Below are positions 1 to 6,824 of a DNA stretch of 12,713 nt, in pieces. The notes beneath the pieces are model-generated. The model saw only the letters and a list, made by a program, of their open reading frames with translations. It did no database searches and was not told the DNA's origin. The stretch's first letter is position 1. Each line of letters begins with the position of its first letter. The DNA is from a virus (taxonomy: Duplodnaviria > Heunggongvirae > Uroviricota > Caudoviricetes): IMG/VR virus record IMGVR_UViG_2695420532_000004; one strand, 5' to 3'. The translations under genes and the position numbers were made by a program.

Positions 1-2
1 GT

Positions 3-374
3 GCCTGTCAGAAACTCCAGGAGGCTGTTGGCTTACCGAATCTGGCACCGCGCTATGCCATTGATGCTCCTGCTGACGCGCCTGATGGCTCAAGCCGCCC
101 CACGCTGTCACTGAGTGCACTGCTGAAGCAGTATGGTATCCGCCTGACAGCTAATCAGGCATATCACCAGATGGCGAAGCTGGGGATCGTTGAACAACGT
201 GAACGATACAGCCGCACTGCGATTAACAACATCAAAAAATTCTGGTCGCTGACAGCGAAAGGCTGCATGTTCGGCAAGAACATCACCAGTCCCGCAAATC
301 CGCGCGAGACGCAGCCGCATTTCTTCGAATCCCGGTTCCCTGAGCTGTTAAAGCTGCTCGATACCGTTCATTGA
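3..374 (+). CDS. 5'-truncated phage protein, possibly the C-terminal part of an antirepressor-like (KilAC/ANT-type) protein
   Basis: Frame 3 is open from the window edge to TGA at 372-374 (about 124 codons), so the gene starts upstream of the window. It sits directly before the DUF968 and Q genes, as expected for a nin-region gene. The product assignment is a weak guess from the C-terminal sequence character only. Confidence 0.45.
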   Translation, partial: ACQKLQEAVGLPNLAPRYAIDAPADAPDGSSRPTLSLSALLKQYGIRLTANQAYHQMAKLGIVEQRERYSRTAINNIKKFWSLTAKGCMFGKNITSPANPRETQPHFFESRFPELLKLLDTVH

Positions 375-375
375 G

Positions 376-1371
376 GTGACCGTGAGAGCGCTACTGACCC
401 CTGAAATTGCCCCGCGTATGGGGATCGTATTGTTCAGGCCAGGTTCAGAGCTGATGCCCCTGTTTATGCAGGGGCGTGTCCTGCTGGAGCCTGAGCCGGA
501 ACGTTATTCATCTTTCGCCAGTGGTGCCGTTCCGGCGGCATCACAACCGCTGGCGGATGATCCTGCCGTTCGGGCCGTGTTCCGCAATGAGGCAGTGATC
601 CGTCGTGCTGGTGGCGTGGAATGTCTTGAAAGCTGGTTACTTCGTGAAAAAGGCTGCCAGTGGCCTCATTCCGACTGGCACAGCGAGAACATGACAACAA
701 TGCGACACGCGCCGGGCGCAATCCGTCTGTGCTGGCACTGCGATAACCAGCTGCGCGATCAGTTCACGGAACGACTGGAATCAATGGCAACGGATAACTG
801 TACCCGCTGGGTGTTGTCTGTTGTGCGTCGGGATCTCGGTTTTGATGACAGTCACGTTGTGACAATGCCGGAACTGTGCTGGTGGCTGATTCGTAATGAC
901 CTGGCGGATGCCTTACCGGAAAGTGCAGCCCGTAAGGCACTGAGATTACCGAAGCCTGTTGTGCCGTCTGTCACCCGGGAAAGTGACCTTGTGCCTTCGG
1001 TTCCTGCCACCAGCATCATCCAGGATAAAGCGAAAAAGGTGCTGGCGCTGAAAGTGGATCCGGAGTCGCCGGAGTCTTTTATGTTACGCCCAAAACGTCG
1101 CCGCTGGGTTAATGAAAAGTACACGCGCTGGGTTAAGACACAGCCGTGTGCATGTTGTGGAAAGCCTGCTGATGATCCCCACCACCTGATAGGTCACGGT
1201 CAGGGTGGAATGGCTACAAAAGCGCATGACCTTTTTGTGTTGCCTTTGTGCAGAAAGCATCACGACGAGCTGCATGCGGATACCGTGGCATTTGAAGAGA
1301 AGTATGGCTCCCAGCTGGAGCTGATATTTCGTTTTATCGATCGTGCGCTGGCAATAGGCGTGCTGGCCTGA
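376..1371 (+). CDS. DUF968 / HNH-like zinc-finger phage protein (YdfU-like)
   Basis: 331-codon ORF whose C-terminus carries a Cys/His cluster (CACCGKPADDPHHLIGHG ... LCRKHHDELHA) typical of DUF968/HNH-like proteins found just upstream of Q in lambdoid prophages. The start is uncertain: GTG at 376 (ORF track), GTG at 382 or ATG at 418, none with a strong Shine-Dalgarno; the stop of the upstream gene abuts it, suggesting coupling. Confidence 0.75.
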   Translation: MTVRALLTPEIAPRMGIVLFRPGSELMPLFMQGRVLLEPEPERYSSFASGAVPAASQPLADDPAVRAVFRNEAVIRRAGGVECLESWLLREKGCQWPHSDWHSENMTTMRHAPGAIRLCWHCDNQLRDQFTERLESMATDNCTRWVLSVVRRDLGFDDSHVVTMPELCWWLIRNDLADALPESAARKALRLPKPVVPSVTRESDLVPSVPATSIIQDKAKKVLALKVDPESPESFMLRPKRRRWVNEKYTRWVKTQPCACCGKPADDPHHLIGHGQGGMATKAHDLFVLPLCRKHHDELHADTVAFEEKYGSQLELIFRFIDRALAIGVLA

Positions 1372-1388
1372 TTTTGTGGAGAAAGTTG

Positions 1389-1760
1389 ATGCGTGATATT
1401 CAAATGGTTCTTGAACGTTGGGGGGCATGGGTGGCAAATAATCACGAGGATGTGGAATGGTCATCTGTTGCTGCAGGTTTTAAGGGATTAATTCCTTCGA
1501 AAGTAAAATCCCGCCCGCAATGTAGCGATGACGATGGCCTGATCATTAGCTCTGCGATGACAGTTCTTAAGAAAAAGGAACCGTATCAATACGAATTACT
1601 GGAAATGTATTATGTGTATGGGGTTACATTACGGGCGTTGGGGGTAAAACTGGGGATATCACTTAATCAGGTTGTTATCAGACTGCAGAAAGCTGAAGGG
1701 TTTATTGACGGTTGTCTGGCAATGTTGGGGGTATCTTTAGAAATTGATTGTTACATATAG
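1389..1760 (+). CDS. late-gene antitermination protein Q, short type (Phage_antitermQ-like)
   Basis: About 123 aa from ATG 1389, which has GGAG 7 nt upstream; the ORF track begins at TTG 1374. It lies immediately upstream of the lysis/morphogenesis block and has a helix-turn-helix-like segment (YELLEMYYVYGVTLRALGVKLGIS). Size and position fit the short Q family. Confidence 0.7.
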   Translation: MRDIQMVLERWGAWVANNHEDVEWSSVAAGFKGLIPSKVKSRPQCSDDDGLIISSAMTVLKKKEPYQYELLEMYYVYGVTLRALGVKLGISLNQVVIRLQKAEGFIDGCLAMLGVSLEIDCYI

Positions 1761-1835
1761 TAATAAATTCAATCAAAGTAAATAATCATATTTTATAATA
1801 ACCTCCTGATGATACCTGTTCATTGGGAGGTTATT

Positions 1836-2453
1836 ATGGATAAAAATGTAGAGCATGTATTAGTTGATGCAATTGAAAATAAGCAATCTTTAACAGTCGT
1901 TTACTTAGGAGGGAGCCAGCCCGGAACATTAAGGAATATTTCTCCGATTAGTATAAATGGGGATAAGTTGCGGGCAAGATGCCATAGTTCTGGAGCAGTA
2001 AAGGTTTTCAATCTTGGGAAAATACAGTTACCCAGTAACTCCTGCGCGGTATCTATGCACTATGGAGATTTAGAAGTTAAAGCTTATGAGACGATGCAGA
2101 GCGTAAATGACAACTTTCATGCCCTTTATCCTGAAGGACGATGGGGTGTTGATTTTAATGAGCATCGCTTTGCTTTATTTGATTTTTTTAAAAACGGGAA
2201 ACGAAAAAAAACGGCATTTATGGCAATTGAGTTCAGGGAAAGAGATGAAGAGAAAATAATAACAGGTGTAACAATTGATATTGGTATATCTGGAACAGTG
2301 ATTTCTGAGAAATCCCGAATCCCAAAAAGACGACCATGGGTAGTGGTTGGTCCCGAACACGGAGAATACAGTACTTATTCAACTTTGGACAAGGCTGCTA
2401 CAGCGTTTTTTGAGAGGCTTTCGTTGATAGCATCCGGCCTGGAAGATAATTGA
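1836..2453 (+). CDS. hypothetical moron protein, 205 aa; N-terminal region loosely resembles a WYL/SH3-like ligand-binding fold
   Basis: Strong RBS GGGAGG at 1825-1830, 5 nt before ATG 1836; the ORF-track start at 1809 has no RBS. The gene is visibly AT-rich compared with its neighbours (rough by-eye estimate, mid-30s % GC versus about 50%). It occupies the Q-to-lysis slot where lambdoid phages carry cargo genes. No HExxH or other obvious catalytic motif was seen. Confidence 0.7.
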   Translation: MDKNVEHVLVDAIENKQSLTVVYLGGSQPGTLRNISPISINGDKLRARCHSSGAVKVFNLGKIQLPSNSCAVSMHYGDLEVKAYETMQSVNDNFHALYPEGRWGVDFNEHRFALFDFFKNGKRKKTAFMAIEFRERDEEKIITGVTIDIGISGTVISEKSRIPKRRPWVVVGPEHGEYSTYSTLDKAATAFFERLSLIASGLEDN

Positions 2454-2582
2454 TTTTATGTTTGGTATTCAGAGTTCGCCGTGCTTAAGAAAGTCAAGAT
2501 TCTAAAAATACTGAATGAGCTACTTGTGTTATAACAAAAATGCTATTAGTGTGTTAAGAGTGGTTACTTCGCCACACAACTT

Positions 2583-2607
2583 AAACCCGCCACTGAGCGG
2601 GTTTTTT
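2583..2607 (+). terminator. rho-independent terminator (candidate tR'-like)
   Basis: Stem AAACCCGC (2583-2590), loop CACTGA, stem GCGGGTTT (2597-2604), followed by a T-run to 2607. It lies about 130 nt downstream of the moron stop. Confidence 0.6.
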
Positions 2608-2705
2608 GTACCTGTAAACTTGGTGCAGTACAGTAAACACGCTGGTGGTCGTGAATACTGACTTTTTATCTTGCTGGCTTTTTAGACAAGAGTTATTGGT
2701 ATGTC

Positions 2706-2933
2706 ATGTTAACCAGAAGGGAAAAAGACATGCTAAAACAGCAAGATATGACAGAAACCGCCGCCGCAGTCCTTCATTTCTTACCTGCTGACAAGTGGGT
2801 AACGCCACGCATGATGACGAGAACTACCGGAGTAAGCGAAGCCCGGTGCCAGTTAATACTGACTCAGTTAGTTCTGGCGGGGCTGGCGAAGGATAACGGC
2901 GGGTACGGGAATAAATTCAGACGCTGCCAGTAA
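2706..2933 (+). CDS. small winged-helix regulator, FaeA/PapI-like
   Basis: 75-codon ORF (alternative starts ATG 2730 with AGGGA upstream, or ATG 2748). The pattern VLHFLPADKWVTPRMMTRTTGVSEARCQLILTQLVLAGLA matches the layout of PapI/FaeA-family wHTH proteins as recalled. It sits directly upstream of a DNA methyltransferase. Confidence 0.5.
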   Translation: MLTRREKDMLKQQDMTETAAAVLHFLPADKWVTPRMMTRTTGVSEARCQLILTQLVLAGLAKDNGGYGNKFRRCQ

Positions 2934-3083
2934 TGGCGGTTTCCTGCTGTGAAAATGGGCGGCTGGTGGGTGTTGGTAGCACCTGCCAGCCATTCGCTCA
3001 TGCTTACTGGTCACAAGCGAACCACGGCCCACTGCTTTAGCGCAAAAGCAGAGTGAGCCTACCAGAGTTACGCTTACTGATCC

Positions 3084-4136
3084 ATGAAAAATACTGTAAA
3101 AATAAACAGTGTTGATTTAATCAACGCTGATTGCCTGCATTTTATTCAGTCCCTGCCTGATGATTCCATTGACCTGATTGTTACCGATCCGCCGTACTTC
3201 AAGGTGAAACCCAACGGTTGGGACAATCAGTGGAAAGGGGACGAAGATTACCTTAAGTGGCTGGACCACTGTCTGGCCCAGTTCTGGCGGGTGTTAAAAC
3301 CTGCCGGAAGCCTTTATCTGTTCTGTGGGCATCGCCTGGCATCTGATATTGAGATCATGATGCGTGAACGTTTCAACGTGCTTAACCATATCATCTGGGC
3401 GAAGCCGTCCGGACGTTGGAATGGGTGTAATAAAGAAAGTCTGCGCGCATATTTTCCTGCCACAGAGCGCGTTCTGTTTGCTGAACATTACCAGGGGCCA
3501 TATCGCGGCAAAAGTGACGGCTATGCAGCAAAAGAAAGGGAACTCAAACAGCACATAATGGCACCGCTGATATCGTATTTCAGGGATGCTCGTGCCGAAC
3601 TGGGTATAACGGCAAAACAAATTGCCGAAGCCACAGGTAAGAAAAATATGGTTTCCCACTGGTTTGGTGCCAGTCAGTGGCAGTTGCCGAATGAGGCTGA
3701 CTATCGGAAGTTACAGGCACTGTTTTCCCGTATAGCGGCAGAGAAGTTTCAGGAACAACAACTGGAACAACCACACCACCAGCTGGTGGCATCTTATGAT
3801 TCACTGAATCGCAAATATTCTGAATTGCTGGATGAGTTTAAATCTCTCCGGCGCTATTTCTCCGTATCAGTCTCCGTGCCTTATACCGATGTCTGGACGC
3901 ATAAACCCGTTCAGTTCTACCCGGGTAAACATCCGTGCGAGAAACCGGCGGATATGCTCCGGCAAATAATCAATGCCAGTAGTCGCCCTGGTGATCTGGT
4001 TGCTGATTTCTTTATGGGATCCGGTTCCACAATAAAAGCAGCAATGGCGCTGGGGCGTCGGGCGTTAGGTGTTGAACTTGAGTCAGAGCGGTTTAATCAG
4101 ACGGTGAAAGAGGTAAGTGAACTGGTGGGGAAATAA
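3084..4136 (+). CDS. DNA methyltransferase, beta-class amino-MTase (probably N6-adenine), orphan
   Basis: Motif IV DLIVTDPPYF lies near the N-terminus and motif I (AdoMet-binding FFMGSGST...ALGRRALGVE) near the C-terminus; this IV-before-I order defines the beta class. A roughly 100-aa insert between them is a candidate target-recognition region. No restriction endonuclease gene is adjacent. Confidence 0.9.
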   Translation: MKNTVKINSVDLINADCLHFIQSLPDDSIDLIVTDPPYFKVKPNGWDNQWKGDEDYLKWLDHCLAQFWRVLKPAGSLYLFCGHRLASDIEIMMRERFNVLNHIIWAKPSGRWNGCNKESLRAYFPATERVLFAEHYQGPYRGKSDGYAAKERELKQHIMAPLISYFRDARAELGITAKQIAEATGKKNMVSHWFGASQWQLPNEADYRKLQALFSRIAAEKFQEQQLEQPHHQLVASYDSLNRKYSELLDEFKSLRRYFSVSVSVPYTDVWTHKPVQFYPGKHPCEKPADMLRQIINASSRPGDLVADFFMGSGSTIKAAMALGRRALGVELESERFNQTVKEVSELVGK

Positions 4137-4143
4137 TTCTGGT

Positions 4144-4169
4144 GGCCACGTTGCGTGGCCTTTTTATTT
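4144..4169 (+). terminator. rho-independent terminator between the MTase and the holin
   Basis: GGCCACG (4144-4150), loop TTG, CGTGGCC (4154-4160), followed by TTTTTATTT (4161-4169). Confidence 0.55.
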
Positions 4170-4212
4170 CCAACACAGCACCCGCAAATATCGCGAGGTG
4201 AGAGATGACGAA

Positions 4213-4548
4213 ATGCCTCATAACCCAAATACCTGGCCGGACTGGCTGGAGTTGTTTCAGAGCTGGTGGCGTGGAGACACGCCGCTGGGTGCAGTGATTA
4301 TGTCGATCGTTATGGCTGGTTTGCGCATCGCCTATTTTGGCGGTGGTGGTGGCTGGAAGCGAAAAACGCTCGAGATTTTGCTCTGTGGCGCTCTGACGCT
4401 GACCTTTGCATCCGCTCTTGAGTATGTCGGATGGCCTAAATCACTTTCTGTTGCCATTGGTGGCGGCGTGGGGCTGATCGGTGTCGATGCTATTCGTGGG
4501 GCTGCAATGCGAGTAATCGGTAACAAGTTTGGTGGCTCTAAGGAGTAA
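4213..4548 (+). CDS. holin (lambda S-like family)
   Basis: About 111 aa with hydrophobic transmembrane segments and a glycine-rich, basic C-terminal tail, placed immediately upstream of the endolysin. Start chosen at ATG 4213, downstream of the terminator hairpin, rather than the ORF-track start at 4117 which overlaps the MTase end. Confidence 0.8.
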   Translation: MPHNPNTWPDWLELFQSWWRGDTPLGAVIMSIVMAGLRIAYFGGGGGWKRKTLEILLCGALTLTFASALEYVGWPKSLSVAIGGGVGLIGVDAIRGAAMRVIGNKFGGSKE

Positions 4549-4551
4549 TTT

Positions 4552-5028
4552 ATGCAGGTACTAAATTCCCAGCGTAAAGCTTTCCTCGATATGTTGGCGT
4601 GGTCAGAAGGAACGGATAACGGGCGACAGCCAACCCGCAATCACGGCTACGACGTTATTGTAGGTGGTGAGTTATTCACGGATTACTCCGATCATCCTCG
4701 CAAACTTGTCACGCTAAACCCCAAACTCAAATCAACAGCCGCCGGACGTTACCAGCTTCTTTCACGCTGGTGGGATGCTTACCGTAAACAGCTTGGCCTG
4801 AAAGATTTTTCTCCAGAAAGCCAGGACGCTGTAGCTCTGCAGCAGATTAAAGAGCGTGGCGCTTTACCGATGATTGATCGCGGTGATATTCGTCAGGCTA
4901 TCGACCGTTGCAGCAATATCTGGGCTTCACTACCGGGCGCTGGTTATGGTCAGTTCGAGCATAAAGTTGACAGCCTGATTGCAAAATTCAAAGAAGCAGG
5001 CGGAACGGTCAGAGAGATTGAGGTATGA
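4552..5028 (+). CDS. R: endolysin, lambda R-type lytic transglycosylase
   Basis: The 158-aa translation ([26 protein letters not shown]...) is nearly co-linear with lambda R as recalled, including the catalytic-Glu context WSEGTD. RBS AAGGAG lies 6 nt upstream. Confidence 0.95.
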   Translation: MQVLNSQRKAFLDMLAWSEGTDNGRQPTRNHGYDVIVGGELFTDYSDHPRKLVTLNPKLKSTAAGRYQLLSRWWDAYRKQLGLKDFSPESQDAVALQQIKERGALPMIDRGDIRQAIDRCSNIWASLPGAGYGQFEHKVDSLIAKFKEAGGTVREIEV

Positions 5029-5492
5029 GCAGAGTAACCGCGATTATCTCCGCTCTGGTTATTTGTATCATCGCCTGCCTGTCATGGGCTGTTAATCATT
5101 ACCGTGATAACGCCATCGCCTACAAAGAACAGCGTGATAAAAAAGTCAGTGAGCTGAAGCAGGCGACCGCCACCATCGCTGACATGCAGCAGCGTCAGCG
5201 TGATGTTGCTGCGATCGATGCAAAATACACGAAGGAGTTAGCCGATGCGAAAACTGAAAATGAAACTCTGCGCGCTGATGTTGCCGCTGGTCGTAAGCGC
5301 CTGCGGGTCAATGCCAGTTGCTCCGCAGCCGTGCGTGAAGCCACCGGACCCACCAGCATGGATAATGCAACCAGCCCCCGACTGGCAGACACCGCTGAAC
5401 GGGATTATTTCACCCTCAGAGAACGGTTGATGACGATGCAGAAGCAACTGGAAGGGGCGCAGGAATATATCCGCACCCAGCGCATTAAGTAG
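5025..5492 (+). CDS. Rz: i-spanin Rz
   Basis: 155 aa with an N-terminal transmembrane segment and coiled-coil-like body, very similar to lambda Rz as recalled; its start overlaps the R stop (ATGA). Confidence 0.9.
   Translation: MSRVTAIISALVICIIACLSWAVNHYRDNAIAYKEQRDKKVSELKQATATIADMQQRQRDVAAIDAKYTKELADAKTENETLRADVAAGRKRLRVNASCSAAVREATGPTSMDNATSPRLADTAERDYFTLRERLMTMQKQLEGAQEYIRTQRIK
5245..5430 (+). CDS. Rz1: o-spanin Rz1, lipoprotein embedded in Rz in the +1 frame
   Basis: 61-aa ORF wholly inside Rz with RBS GAAGGAG; lipobox LVVSAC and a proline-rich mature region ([24 protein letters not shown]) closely resembling lambda Rz1. Confidence 0.85.
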   Translation: MRKLKMKLCALMLPLVVSACGSMPVAPQPCVKPPDPPAWIMQPAPDWQTPLNGIISPSENG

Positions 5493-5876
5493 ATGGAGAA
5501 AAAACACGAATCTGTGGTTTTTACTGAGCGCGGTGTACACGGTGGAACATATGGCGGGAAGTTTGTTGCTTATGATTATGCAGCATGGCTAAACCCCGGA
5601 TTTAAATATGCAGCCTATAAAGTCCTGGATGACTACTTCACCGGAGAACTTCAGCATCGCAACAGCTTAAGTGCGCAGCTCAATATGAAGTGTCATGAGT
5701 TTGATCAGAAAAAAGATATGGCGAGCTTCTGTGGACAAGGGCTGGCGGCATGGCGCTATACGAAGCCAGTGTTGGTCGCTGAGATTAACTCCCTGGCTAA
5801 CCAGCTGCAGATAACGATCCCCGGGCTGTCCGGTATTTGCCGGTATGAAATTACCGGAAGGCGCGGTCGTTACTGA
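5493..5876 (+). CDS. KilA-N-like domain protein, apparently only the C-terminal half of the domain
   Basis: 127-aa ORF with GGTYGGKFVAYDYAAWLNPGFKYAAYKVLDDYF, resembling the conserved core of KilA-N/APSES domains. There is no clear RBS, and it starts on the codon immediately after the Rz amber stop, in the same frame. Confidence 0.45.
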   Translation: MEKKHESVVFTERGVHGGTYGGKFVAYDYAAWLNPGFKYAAYKVLDDYFTGELQHRNSLSAQLNMKCHEFDQKKDMASFCGQGLAAWRYTKPVLVAEINSLANQLQITIPGLSGICRYEITGRRGRY

Positions 5877-6119
5877 GTAACAGCAGGCATTACAGCAGCC
5901 CTTCACTGAGGGGCTGCGATAATGTGAGGAATAAAAAACCGGCAGGGGAAATCCATTGAAGATTTGCCGGTGGCAAAAGATGGCCATGCTTTTAACCTTA
6001 GTAGCAGAGTTACGGAGTTCAACAACGACCGTCGCCGTTATCTTGCTGAAAGGCGTTTCAATGATTTTCATCAATTTATTCATCAGCAATGGTGATAATC
6101 ACTCTCATTTTGGCGGGTC

Positions 6120-6329
6120 CTTCCGGTGGGGTGGCCTGCCACGGGGCGGGAGCGTCGCGGAAAAAGGCTAGTTTTTGAAATTTCATTCGTCATCACCACT
6201 ACTGTAATAGATTGATATTACAGTGGTTTTATTTTTGTAGTGTCGATTTTGATTGTTTTTTGTTCATCACTAACACCGTTTGCCTAAAGTTGTTCGCAAG
6301 ATGCATGTTTAAAACATTCTGGAGCGGGT
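6120..6329. other. cos site region (cosN-like nicking site and cosB-like terminase-binding region)
   Basis: CACGGGGCGGGAGCGTCGCGG at 6140-6160 resembles the lambda cosN context ACG|GGGCGGCGACCT|CGCGG as recalled. It is followed by an AT-rich segment with TTCGTCATCAC and a CTGTAATA-N6-TATTACAG palindrome, directly upstream of the Nu1-like terminase small subunit gene, as in lambda. Confidence 0.45.
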
Positions 6330-6824
6330 ATGGATCGAGAGTTAAAAAATCTGACGCTTAATATCAGTCAACTGGCGGCACTGTCAGGTGTACATCGCCA
6401 GACTGCTGCGGCAAGGCTGCAAAATCTACCCGTTGCAGGGGGGCATGAAAGCAACCTCAAGCTTTATCGGGTGGTTGATATTGTGTCGGCATTTCTGGCA
6501 TTACCACCGCCGGTTGCAGAAGGCGAAATGGACGCGCATGAGCGCAAAGCCTGGTATCAGTCTGAACGTGAGCGTCTTAAGTTCGAACAGGAAACGGCAC
6601 AACTCATTCCGGCCAGTGATGTCAGACGGGAGTTTGCCATCTGGGCAAAAGCGGTCGTGCAGGTGCTGGAGACATTACCGGATATTCTTGAACGTGACTG
6701 CGGTCTGCAGCCTGCCGCTGTGAGCCGTGTTCAGTCCATTATTGATGATCTGCGCGATCAGATAGCCCTGCGGGTGACTGAAGCAGGTGCGGATGATGAG
6801 GAGGAATTACAGCAGGAGGAGTAA
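6330..6824 (+). CDS. terminase small subunit (Nu1-like)
   Basis: 164 aa with an N-terminal HTH-like segment (LTLNISQLAALSGVHRQTAAARLQ) and acidic C-terminus. RBS GGAG lies 5 nt upstream; its stop overlaps the large-subunit start (TAATG). Confidence 0.85.
   Translation: MDRELKNLTLNISQLAALSGVHRQTAAARLQNLPVAGGHESNLKLYRVVDIVSAFLALPPPVAEGEMDAHERKAWYQSERERLKFEQETAQLIPASDVRREFAIWAKAVVQVLETLPDILERDCGLQPAAVSRVQSIIDDLRDQIALRVTEAGADDEEELQQEE

Noticed and set aside
108-1464. Minus-strand ORFs (108-320, 464-721, 852-1124, 1084-1464, 1260-1445) overlapping the nin-region genes
   Set aside because: They lie antisense to longer + strand ORFs with recognisable domains, have no RBS or domain signal, and have odd composition; treated as shadow ORFs.
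1809-1835. ORF-track start of the moron at ATG 1809
   Set aside because: It has no Shine-Dalgarno, whereas ATG 1836 has GGGAGG at ideal spacing.
1836-2453. Moron as a GtgA/GogA-type zinc metalloprotease effector
   Set aside because: No HExxH motif is present in the translation.
2611-2640. Possible LexA (SOS) box in CTGTAAACTTGGTGCAGTACAG
   Set aside because: The CTGT and ACAG half-sites are 14 nt apart rather than the 8 nt of a LexA box; it may still be some other operator but cannot be assigned.
2454-2705. tRNA genes in the Q-to-lysis intergenic space, as found in Stx phages
   Set aside because: No cloverleaf-compatible segment or T-loop-like GTTCGAATC-type motif was seen by eye; a tRNA scan would be needed to exclude one formally.
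3294-3804. ORFs on both strands inside the methyltransferase gene (3294-3659 minus, 3364-3558 plus, 3580-3804 minus)
   Set aside because: They are embedded in a gene with clear MTase motifs and are probably chance open frames.
4117-4212. N-terminal extension of the holin ORF back to ATG 4117
   Set aside because: It would overlap the MTase 3' end and include the terminator hairpin; ATG 4213 gives a holin of typical size.
4332-4640. Minus-strand ORF 4332-4640 overlapping the holin and endolysin
   Set aside because: It is antisense to two well-supported lysis genes and its proline-rich, low-complexity translation looks like an antisense artefact.
5667-6171. ORFs 5667-6089 (minus strand) and 5956-6171 (plus strand)
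   Set aside because: The first is antisense to the KilA-N-like ORF and reads as low-complexity junk. The second spans the hairpins and the cosN-like site, where a coding gene is not expected. Neither has an RBS.
6388-6723. Alternative-frame ORF inside the terminase small subunit gene
   Set aside because: It is fully contained in the Nu1-like gene in another frame, with no independent evidence.
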